NCBI RefSeq assembly: GCF_006345805.1 | Contig: NW_021836294.1 | Location: 11,208-75,207, forward strand | Origin: Octopus sinensis | Taxonomy: Eukaryota | Length of the DNA: 64,000 nucleotides | Reading direction: 5' to 3' | Shown here: positions 39,996 through 50,045 of the stretch, in pieces | How positions within the stretch are numbered: position 1 is the first letter of the stretch | Layout: the number at the start of each line of letters is the position of its first letter | Position numbers and translations under genes: made by a program | The notes under the pieces: model-generated | What the model was told of the DNA's origin: nothing | Database searches by the model: none | What the model saw: the letters and a program-made list of their open reading frames with translations, nothing else

Positions 39996-41098
39996 ATGGC
40001 GACTTACGCGGGGGTCACGGGAAAGAAAAATAATGATTCGTCGATAATCGTGAAGGATGTTTTCTTTGAGAAGAGTAAACTCAAAGAATATGAAAAACTA
40101 TTCAAAAGGGAGGGTGATAGCGTGAAGCTAATCCCCCCCCCCCCGCGAAAGCAAAAGAGGACAAAGAAAACAAGACTGTAACATATAGAACCCAAGACAA
40201 AAATACAAAGAAACTGGCAAGAGTGGAGATAGCAGAAATCGAAAAATGTCTGGGAGACATAATGGGGAAATCGACCTACGTGAGTAGAGGCAAGAAATTT
40301 GGTACGGTGGAGGTGAGATGTGCAACGGAAGAAATTGCAGCCTCACTGGCTACCACTGTACTAAGAGCGGAAACATTTATAATGTGGCCCTCATACAAGG
40401 GAAGAAGAGGGGTCCGGGTTAAAATCCCGAATATACCCCCAGAAGTGAAAACAGAATGGCTGGCAACAGCTATTCTAGGAGCAGCAGAAGAGGAAGTGGA
40501 GGTGGAATCCTTTAAGGAGTCCAACGCGATAAACTGGAGAGGATATGGGGTAGAACTGTGTTTGATGGCCACAAAAGAGGACATTGAAAGGTTCCCCTAC
40601 AGAATAGAAATTGAAGATGAGAAAACCCTCAGTGTAATTGTAGAGGGAAGAAAGCCAAACTGCTACTTGTGCGGGACAAGGGGGCACATTAAAAAAGAGT
40701 GCCCGTTATACGAATTCGTAGCGGAGTACGAGCAGGAACTTGAAGAAAAGAAGAATACTGTAAATGAAAAAGAAAACATAGAAAAGGAAACAAAACAACA
40801 AGAGAAAGGAAATAATAAGTCAATGAAGGAAAAAGAAATAAAAGAAAAGAAAGAAATAGAACCAAAACAGAGTCAGGAAAAAAAAAGGAAAAAGAAACAA
40901 CAGGAAAAAAACAAGAGAGAGATCAGAATCAAACGAAAAGAAAAGATGGCACACAAAAAGAAAAAGAAAAGGAACATAAAACACGAGAGAAAGAGAGAAC
41001 AGACAAAGAACCAAAAAGACAAGAGAAGGAAGAAGAAAGAAAAGAAGGCAAAAAGAGAGAAAGAGAGAAACAAAGAGAGGAGAACAAGGAAGAAATAA
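39996..41098 (+). CDS. LINE ORF1/gag-like nucleic-acid-binding protein with CCHC zinc knuckle and K/E/R-rich tail (frameshift in a C12 run)
   Basis: Start MATYAGVT; frames join across C12 at 40133-40144; RVKIPNIPPEV and V.VEGRKPNCYLCGTRGHIKKECP (Cx2Cx4Hx4C at 40661-40702) are typical of L1/Tx1-group ORF1. Confidence 0.75.
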
Positions 41099-41102
41099 GC
41101 CC

Positions 41103-41405
41103 GAAAAGAAAAACGAGGAAAACGTAGGACGGAAACAAGATTACCGCTTCTACAAGTTAGTAACCTTCCATTTCTGCCCTGAAATGAAAGAATTGACATG
41201 TAATACGGAGGGACATATATGGGTCAACAGGATGACCGATCAGTGGCAGGAGACTGCTCTAATCCCCGAAGAAAGAGTCGCTGAGTTCCTCAGAGCTGCC
41301 GGAGAGAGTGTAATATTTTACACGAGTGTTCGAGTGAGAGAGCGGCTGCCTGAGGGCTCAGTGATTGACTTTAGAGAATTGAAAGCTATTATGGAATACG
41401 TATAG
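41103..41405 (+). CDS. Open frame of ~100 codons, probably the frameshifted C-terminal domain of ORF1; function unknown
   Basis: Non-repetitive, globular-looking sequence YRFYKLVTFHFCPEMKELTCNTEGHIWVNRM...DFRELKAIMEYV inside the TSD-bounded element. Confidence 0.5.
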   Translation, partial: EKKNEENVGRKQDYRFYKLVTFHFCPEMKELTCNTEGHIWVNRMTDQWQETALIPEERVAEFLRAAGESVIFYTSVRVRERLPEGSVIDFRELKAIMEYV

Positions 41406-42087
41406 AAGTGTGAGAAGAGAGAGAAGAAAGAAGAAAAAGAAAAAGAAAATTTTGTGAAATATATGACGAAAATGTAACCTCTCGATTCCGGGGATCGAGT
41501 GGGCATTTACATCTCATTGTAAATATTCTTTCATATGTCATTTTTTACTTTTATTTTTTCCTTTTCTTGTCATTCGCTTTCTTATTTTAAGTTCCCCGAT
41601 TGTATTGTCCCCTCTATGTTCGCCCCTTGTGGGTAATAATAAAATCACGATATATACAAGTATATATCGTATATATCGTGCATGCGCCAGTCAGCTCGTA
41701 GGATCGACTGCCTACGTCTGGCTAGCACGGACGCGCGTCTGCGCGTGTGCACAAACCGGGTCCAGTCTACGATACTAGTACCCGTACTTCCATCTATCAT
41801 TGAGCATTTTCTCCGACAGGCACCTCCTCTCCAGCCACACGAAGTATCTCTGAAGACCGAGGCCAGAGACGAAGCTGCCTGTCGTTATTCCTTTCATTCT
41901 CATCTTTTATACAGTCTCTTTCGCGATTTCTACTACTATGAGAAAACAATTCTTACCTTCGTTCGACAGGAAACCAGGTGGGTCAATTTTTTTAATTGAT
42001 TCTGACGATAGCTGTACTCTTTCTGCACAAGACAACAGATGTTCCGCATAAGCCTCCGGCACCTCATAGCACTGAACGGTTTTGTTT

Positions 42088-43160
42088 CATTATTGCCCTT
42101 AAAGGCGCACAAAGAGGGGGACAACACAATATGAACGGGGTCATATACAATCGTATGGGTTTAAAAATTTATGACAAATGATTAACGAATGGAACGCAAA
42201 AAAAAAAAACATTTACATATACGAAAATAATACAATGAGGTATTAAAAACAGGTCAGCTTCGGCCCCACGAGCCCTGTCTTTAAAACCTATTTCTTTACT
42301 ACCCACAACGGGCTAAACACAGAGGGGACAAACAAGGACAGACATAGGTATTAAGTCGATTATATCGACTCCAGTGCGTAACTGGTACTTAATTTATCGA
42401 CCCTGAAAGGATGAAAGGCAAAGTCGACCTCGGCGGAATTTGAACTCAGAACGTAGCGGCAGACGAAATACCTATTTCTTTACTACACACAAGGGGCTAA
42501 ACACAGAGAGGACAAACAAGGACAGACAAACGGATTAAGTCGATTACATCGACCTCAGTGCGTAACTGGTACTTAATTTATCGACCCCGAAAGGATGAAA
42601 GGCAAAGTCGACCTCGGCGGAATTTGAACTCACAACGTAACGACAGACGAATTACGGCTACGCATTTCGCCCGGCGTGCTAACGTTTCTGCCAGCTTGCC
42701 CTGTCTTTAATACCGACACCTTGATAATCTTTCTGGCGTATTCACGCAGGGCCTTTCACTCTCAGCATACGTGCCACACGCGTCCATTTTTTTTTTAACG
42801 CACGCTTTGACAGGCACCTCCTTTCCAGACCCACCTTCATTTTAAGGTGAAAGGTAAAAACATTCACCAGGGCGAGGCCGGAGACGAAGCTGTCTGTCAC
42901 AATCCCTTTTATCCTTGACTTCCATATCACCTCTAACGCAATTGCTATTACTACGAGAAAACAATTCCTTACCTTCTTCCGTAAGGAAATCCGTCGGGTT
43001 AATGTTTAGAATTGACTCGGGCGATAGCTGTACTCTTCTTCCATCTGACAACAGGTGTTCTGCGTAAACCCACACTTCTGAAATTCCCGGACACTGAACA
43101 CTAGCGTGCGGGACGGTTTCCCTATCCCGTCCGCATCATAGACAGATAGGTGACACACTC
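42088..43160 (-). mobile_element. Second Tx1/L1-like LINE 3' fragment (ORF2 CCHC finger to tail)
   Basis: PICL*CGRDRETVPHASVQCPGISEVWVYAEHLL..IWKSRIKG..LERRCLS..KWTRVARMLRV; tail at 42088-42130. Confidence 0.8.
42285..42697 (-). mobile_element. SINE family B, head + 2 bodies, with TSD
   Basis: TSD gccctgtctttaa at 42272-42284 and 42698-42710. Confidence 0.92.
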
Positions 43161-43617
43161 AAACAAAACCAAATAGTTCATTCCGCACAGGACGAGTCCA
43201 AATTTTCTAACACACTAAAGAAACAAAATACGAATTATTTCATTGTTAAACATGCAGGTGGCTGTTGTTAATAGAAATTTTAACTCTCCGGTTTCGAATC
43301 CCCGTAAAACTAAATATTATTTACCACATTTGATTTTACTTATGTTTGCAAAAAGGGATCACTCCAATAAATTTATTTAAAGTTTTAGGGCCCAAACTAT
43401 TTAAGGATAGCAATGCTTAGTCTTGACTATTAATTCTGCCATGAAGGGAAATCATTATATATATATATAATTTAAATAATGAGGGTGATAAATTGAATAT
43501 TAATTCAATTAACATCAGTTTAAAACCAGTAGCCTAGTATATAGAAAAATCTGAAGATTAAGAAAAATTGTAATACATGCGTATAATTATTATACACATG
43601 TATATATATATATATAT

Positions 43618-43648
<31 letters not shown>

Positions 43649-43740
43649 TACATACATACATACGTACATATATATGTATATATATGTGTGTATGTATGTA
43701 TAATTATATAGAGAATCAAAACAATATATATATATATATA

Positions 43741-44120
43741 TACTCTTTTACTTGTTTCAGTCCTTTGACTGCGGCCATGCTGGAGCACTGCCTTTAGTCG
43801 AGCAAATCGACCTCAGGACTTATTCTTTGTAAGCCCAGTACTTATTCTATTGGTCTCTTTTGCCGAACCGCTAAGTGACGGCGACGTAAACACACCAGCA
43901 TCGGTTGTCAAGCAATGCTAGGGGGACAAACACACACACACACACATATATACATATACATATATACGACGGGCTTCTTTTCAGTTTCCGTCTACCAAAT
44001 CCACTCACAAGGCTTTGGTCGGCCTGAGGCTATAGCAGAAGACACTTGCCCAAGGTGCCACGCAATGGGACTGAACCTGGAACTATGTGGCTGGTAAGCA
44101 AGCTACTTACCACACAGCCA
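43741..44120 (-). mobile_element. SINE family A
   Basis: Family consensus. Confidence 0.9.
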
Positions 44121-44646
44121 CATATTTCGTTTTTGGATTTGGTTTGCAAGATTCTTTATATGAGTTCGTGTGTTGAAGCATATTCTGTTGTGTCTGGGGA
44201 GAGTCATTTTCTTTTTGTGCCTTATGATTTAACACACTCGCCGGTAAAATTTCCACTTATTTCTTATTTTTATTTTCCTAAAATTTTGGTTGCGTCTTGC
44301 AACCTTTTCAATAGTCTTGACTCTGTCCCTTATTTACACTGCGTTCCCTTTTGTTTGTTTGTGCGCATGTGTGTGGGTTAGTGTGTGTGTGTGCCTATGC
44401 ATGCATGCACGTACGTATGTATGTATGTGTTGATGTGTGTATTTATGTATCCATGTGTGTGTATGTATATATGTATGCATATGTATGTATGTATTCTGCA
44501 TATTCATGTTCTTGTATGTCCGTATTTGTGTATTTGTTATGTGTGGTGTGTGTGTTAGCGTGTGTTTGTATATATGTGCACCTCTGTCTCCTTGTGTGTG
44601 CATGTGTGTTGTGCAACTATTATTATTATTATTATTATTATTATTA

Positions 44647-46487
44647 CAAACAAGGACAGACAGACGGATCAAGTTGACTATATCGACCCGAGTGCGTAAC
44701 TGGTACTTTTTTAATCGACCCCGAAAGGATGATAGGCAAAGTCGACCTCGGCGGAATTTGAACTCAGAACGTAGCGGCAGACGAAATACCTATTTCTTTA
44801 CTACCCAGAAGGGGCTAAATATAGAGAGGACAGACAAGGACAGACAAAGGGATTAAGTCGATTATATCGACTCCAGTGCTAAACTGGTACTTTTTAAATC
44901 GACCCCGAAAGGATGATAGGCAAAGTCGACCTCGGCGGAATTTGAACTCAGAACGTAGCGGCAGACGAAATACCTATTTCTTTACTACCCAGAAGGGGCT
45001 AAATATAGAGAGGACAGACAAGGACAGACAAAGGGATTAAGTCGATTATATCGACTCCAGTGTGTAACTGGTACTTTTTAAATCGACCCCGAAGGGATAG
45101 GCAAAGTCGACCTCGGCGGAATTTGAACTCAGAACGTAGCGGCAGACGAAATACCTATTTCTTTACTACCCAGAAGGGGCTAAATATAGAGAGGACAGAC
45201 AGGACAGACAAAGGGTTAAGTCGATTATATCGACTCCAGTGTGTAACTGGTACTTTTTAAATCGACCCCGAAAGGATGATAGGCAAAGTCGACCTCGGCC
45301 GGAATTGAACTCAGAACGTAGCGGCAGACGAAATACCTATTTCTTTACTACCCAGAAGGGGCTAAATATAGAGAGGACAGACAAGGACAGACAAAGGGAT
45401 TAAGTCGATTATATCGACTCCAGTGCTAAACTGGTACTTTTTAAATCGACCCCGAAAGGATGATAGGCAAGTCGACCTCGGCGGAATTTGAACTCAGAAC
45501 GTAGCGGCAGACGAAATACCTATTTCTTTACTACCCAGAAGGGGCTAAATATAGAGAGGACAGACAAGGACAGACAAAGGGATTAAGTCGATTATATCGA
45601 CTCCAGTGCTAAACTGGTACTTTTTAATCGACCCCGAAAGGATGATAGGCAAAGTCGACCTCGGCGGAATTTGAACTCAGAACGTAGCGGCAGATGAAAT
45701 ACCTATTTCTTTACTACCCACAAGGGGCTAAATATAGAGAGGACAGACAAGGACAGACAAAGGGATTAAGTCGATTATATCGACTCCAGTGCTAAACTGG
45801 TACTTTTTAAATCGACCCCGAAAGGATGATAGGCAAAGTCGACCTCGGCGGAATTTGAACTCAGAACGTAGCGGCAGATGAAATACCTATTTCTTTACTA
45901 CCCACAAGGGGCTAAATATAGAGAGGACAGACAAGGACAGACAAAGGGATTAAGTCGATTATATCGACTCCAGTGCTAAACTGGTACTTTTTAAATCGAC
46001 CCCGAAAGGATGATAGGCAAAGTCGACCTCGGCGGAATTTGAACTCAGAACGTAGCGGCAGATGAAATACCTATTTCTTTACTACCCAGAAGGGGCTAAA
46101 TATAGAGAGGACAGACAAGGACAGACAAAGGGATTAAGTCGATTATATCGACTCCAGTGCTAAACTGGTACTTTTTAAATCGACCCCGAAAGGATGATAG
46201 GCAAAGTCGACCTCGGCGGAATTTGAACTCAGAACGTAGCGGCAGATGAAATACCTATTTCTTTACTACCCACAAGGGGCTAAATACAGAGAGGACAAAC
46301 AAGGACAGACAAAGGGATTAAGTCGATTATATCGACCTCAGTGCGTAACTGGTACTTTTTTAATCGACCCCGAAAGGATGAAAGGCAAAGTCGACCTCGG
46401 CGGAATTTGAACGCAGAACGTAACGGCAGACAAAATACTGCTAAGTATTTCGCCTGGCGTGCTAACGTTTCTGCCAGCTCGCCGCCT
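44647..46487 (-). repeat. SINE B-derived tandem array, head + ~10 units of ~184 bp
   Basis: Units share the variants gatgatagg and gactccagtg; single head at 46432-46487. Confidence 0.95.
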
Positions 46488-46686
46488 TGGAGTGCATTAT
46501 TAATGTTTACAGTCCCTACCTATTATTGCCATTTCCCTTAATATGCCAATGCCAAGCTTTTGGTAATCCGTCATTCTGTTTGTGCAAATAATAAACAGAA
46601 TAACAGACTCATTTCTCACCTACCATTACGTTTTCAGTTCAACATTTAGGACGATGTCATTTTTGTTTTCTTTTAATTTTACTACT

Positions 46687-47101
46687 ACTACTACTACTAC
46701 TACTACTATGGCAATCCCTCAAGGTCGAGGATGATGGTCTTCGCGCAAATTCATTGGTGAGTCCGCAGGTGACTGATAAGACCAATTCTTGCTCGAAAAG
46801 ATCGGTCACAGTGCGGACATCTAGTGCCGAAAGGGAGAGTCGTACGTGGTGGTTGTTGGCGCTCCTTACGTCGTCGTCTTTTCTCCTCCAGCTCTGCAGA
46901 CCTTTTCGACTCGAAATTCGCCGTTCCCTCATGGATGGTGGTCTTCCAGAGTGGTCTGTGTTTTGCCGTTTCCTCCCAGTTAGTGAAATCGATGTCACAC
47001 TTTTTGAGGTTCGTTTTCAGGGAGTCCTTGTAGCGTTTCTTCTGGCCTCTTTTTGTACGCTCGCCGTCTTTGAGTTGGGAGTAGAAGATCTGTTTGGGAA
47101 C
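46687..47101 (-). mobile_element. RTE-clade (BovB-like) LINE, 5'-truncated, with TSD
   Basis: PKQIFYSQL..G.R..GQKKRYKDSLK..WEETA..R..W..C2H2 finger (CPHCDRSFRARIGLISHLRTH); (TAG)n tail; TSD taattttactact at 46674-46686 and 47102-47114. Confidence 0.92.
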
Positions 47102-47225
47102 TAATTTTACTACTCGCTTGTACACAACGTTATAATCATTTGGTATTTTTAAGTTATCAATTAGTGCGTTCTTGTCATTTATTGCCATGGAGACTGATAC
47201 CAATCTTACTAATTAGTACTTCGTG

Positions 47226-47559
47226 TGAGGGCGCGTGGCTAAGTGGTTAGGGGCATTCGTCTCATGATCGTAAGGTTGTGAGTTCGATTCCCAGCGACGA
47301 CGCGTTGTGTCCTTGAACAAAACACTTTATTTAACGTTGCTCCAGTCCACTCAGCTGCCAAAAAGGAGTAGTACCTGTATTTCAAAAGGGCCCAACCTTG
47401 TCACACTCTGCTTCACGCTGAATCTCCCTGAGAACTACGTTAAGGGTACACGTGTCTGTGGAGTGCTCAGCCACTTGCATGTTAATTTCACGAGCAAGCT
47501 GTTCCGTTGATCGTATCAGCTGGGATCCTCGTCGTCGTAGTCGACGGAGTGCTTCTATA
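47226..47559 (+). mobile_element. tRNA-derived SINE, family D (head with ctcatga loop), with TSD
   Basis: A box tggctaagtgg, B box gagttcgattccc. TSD tagtacttcgtg at 47214-47225 and 47560-47571. Confidence 0.88.
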
Positions 47560-47612
47560 TAGTACTTCGTGCTCTATCTATATATTAAAGTTTCATAATA
47601 CTGTTACATTGT

Positions 47613-47940
47613 AAAGCAGTGAGTTGACAGAACCGTTAGCATCCTTTCGGGGTCGATTAAAAAAGTACCATTTACGCACTGGGGTCGATGTAATCGACTT
47701 AATTCGTTTGTCTGTTCTTGTTTTTCCTCACTGTGTTTAGCCCCTTGTGGGTAGTAAAGAAATAGAAATAGGTATTTCGTCCGTCTTGGCTTTCTGAATT
47801 GAAAATCCGTCGAGGTTGACTTTGCCTTTAATTCTCTGAAGTCGATAAAACAAGTACCAGTTGAGTTCTGAGGTCGACGTAATCGATTTTTCACCTCCCC
47901 AGAAATTCGTAACCCTGGGCCAAAATTTGAAACCAATATT
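47613..47940 (+). mobile_element. Deleted SINE B joined to an alternative-tail body
   Basis: Family B blocks; tail gggccaaaatttgaaacc. Confidence 0.75.
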
Positions 47941-48150
47941 GTCATATGGTCATTTTTTGAAAAGCATTTTTTCTCGAATTTATTGAAATTTGCAGACGAT
48001 GACTATACTGTGCAGTTATGCTTAGGTAACTTTGTTTCCAAGTAAATCTGTCCCAACTACTTATGAAATATTCTGATGCTCTGTAGTGTTTTGTCTCTAG
48101 AAATACTCCAAATGGACGATATTAGTTACTTAAACTGTCGGAAATGTAGA

Positions 48151-48476
48151 TATAGCCGCGGGCCGACCAAAGCCTTGTGAGTGGATTTGGTAGACGGAAA
48201 CTGAAAGAAGCTCGTCGTATATATGTATGTATATATAATATATATGTGTGCGTGTGTGTTTGTGTGTCTGTGTTTGTCCCCCTAGCATTGCTTGACGACC
48301 GATGCTGGTGTGTTTATGTCCCCGTTACTTAGCGGTTCGGCAAAAGAGACCGATAGAATAAGTACTGGGCTTATAAAAAAGAATAAGTCCCGGGGTCGAG
48401 TTGCTCGGCTAAAGGCGGTGCTCCAGCATGGCCGCAGTCAAATGACTGAAACAAGTAAAAGAGTAAAGAGTAAAGA
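48151..48476 (+). mobile_element. SINE family A, 5' truncated
   Basis: Family consensus and tail. Confidence 0.88.
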
Positions 48477-48735
48477 GATATCTTTCAATATTTCCGCGGA
48501 TTATAGACTGTTTCTAAATCAAGTATGTTGGCCTTCTTACTTCTCCATTCACCCTGGATTTTTGTATCCACAACAGATTTTTTTCTATATAAATACAGGG
48601 TACCTAATTCAATGAAATATAGGGCCTTGTAATGGTATACCTATATGGTTGTTCATTTTTGTTGCTAATTTAGTTTCCAGTTTCAAAATTTCTGATCCTT
48701 TAATCTTTCTCATATTCTGACATATTATAACTTTT

Positions 48736-49408
48736 TGTCCCTTCTCATAAGGGCCGGTTTCCCAGTTTCCTTGGCGTATAGGTTCCCCAACTGGACGGGA
48801 CACCGGTCCTTCGCATGTGAGCTGCAAGATGTAGATGTAAAGAGTGAGAGAAAGTTGTGGCGAGAGTCAGCAGAAGTTTCGCCATTACCTTCTGCCGGAG
48901 CCGCGTGGAGCTTAGGAGTTTCGCTCATAAACCCACACATCGCCCAGTCTCAGATTCGAACCCGCGATCCCTCAACCGCTGTTCTAACCACTGATGGAAG
49001 CACTCCGTCGGTTACGACGATGAGGGTTCCGGTTGATCCGAATCAACGGAACAGCCTGCTCGTGAAATTAACGTGTAAGTGGCTGAACACTCCACAGACA
49101 CGTGTACCCTTAACGTAGTTCTCGGGGATATTCAGCGTGACACAGAGAGTGACAAGTCCGGCCCCTTGAAATACAGGTACAACAGAAACAGGAAGTAAGA
49201 GTGAGAGAAAGTTGTGGTGAAAGAGTACAGCAGTGATCACCACCATCCCCTGCCGGAGCCTCGTGGAGCTTTAGGTGTTTTCGCTCAATAAACACTCACA
49301 ACGCCCGATCTGGGAATCGAAACCGCGATCCTATGACGGCGAGTCCGCTGCCCTAACCACTGGGCCATTGCGCCTCCTTGTTCTAACCACTAGGCCATGT
49401 GCCTCCAC
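48736..49408 (-). mobile_element. SINE family C containing a nested SINE (48993-49378)
   Basis: Inner TSD tgttctaaccact at 48980-48992 and 49379-49391; outer flanks tattat(a/g)actt. Confidence 0.88.
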
Positions 49409-49485
49409 TATATTATGACTTGAATATACTAAATAATTATTAGATTCTTGTCAAAGAGTAAGATCTTGCGAGCGTTACTAATTTC

Positions 49486-49862
49486 TTAAGCTATTTCGTG
49501 TCTTCTGTGAATTTTGTTTGGGGGTTTGTATCCAATATTTTGAACCAACTGATAACGATTGTTGCTCCCATTTCGAGGCCTAATTCCAGCTCTGATGTAA
49601 ACGTTGATATTTCGTAAGATATTGCTTATCAACCTCATTTCTATTTTCGCTGGGTTTATTAATCTACATTTAGGGTTAGTTGCGAAGTCTACCTTGTGAT
49701 CCTTTAAAGTGAGATAAGCCACATATTCAAACCTCTTATCTAAGTTAATCAACTCAGTTATGTGCTTGTCCTCCTCATAAGTTATTTCTGTGATTATTAG
49801 TTGTTTTCTGAAGAAGAAGTTGTTATGTTTATTCTCCTCTGTTTCATAGAGGTTATTGGTCT

Positions 49863-49870
<8 letters not shown>
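49486..49870 (-). pseudogene. Penelope-like element RT N-terminal fragment
   Basis: AYLTLKDHKVDFATNPKCRLINPAK matches the Penelope AF.TLKDHK.NF...P.CRLINPAK motif. Confidence 0.85.
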
Positions 49871-49901
<31 letters not shown>

Positions 49902-50045
49902 ACGCATTATTCGAAGACCTAAACTTCATTACATCAACGTTACACTTACGAAAGATAATGTTTACTGTTAAGTAGAAGAGAATGGCTTTGGAGACACGAG
50001 TTCCTATAATATTGTTCAGTGGCAAGGTATGGTTCTCGGTTTATA

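Larger units (their letters stand above)
39825..41646 (+). mobile_element. ORF1-only non-autonomous non-LTR retroelement (HAL1-like 'half-LINE')
   Basis: 13-bp TSD acgatatatacaa (39812-39824, 41647-41659); 5' UTR; gag-like ORF1; no RT or EN; 3' tail shared with the Tx1-like LINE and SINE B. Confidence 0.8.
39664..41782. mobile_element. Palindromic MITE with GGTAC termini and 9-bp TSD, split at its centre by a retroelement
   Basis: Arms at 39664-39824 and 41647-41782 are reverse complements. TSD cgtacttcc at 39655-39663 and 41783-41791. Confidence 0.9.
39181..42085 (-). mobile_element. 5'-truncated Tx1/L1-like LINE 3' end, interrupted by nested insertions
   Basis: Removing the inserts gives AYAEHLLSCAERVQLSSESIKKIDPP..IAKETV*KMRMKG..FVSG..LERRCLSEKMLNDRWKYVAQVLRV, then a 3' UTR and A-rich tail at 39183-39232. 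Confidence 0.75.

Noticed and set aside
40223-41098. LTR-retrotransposon or retroviral gag
   Set aside because: No LTRs, PBS or PPT; the 13-bp TSD and LINE-type tail indicate a non-LTR element.
39664-41782. DNA transposon with TIRs encoding a transposase
   Set aside because: The ORF lies in a separate insert with its own TSD and has no DDE features; the TIRs belong to a pre-existing MITE.
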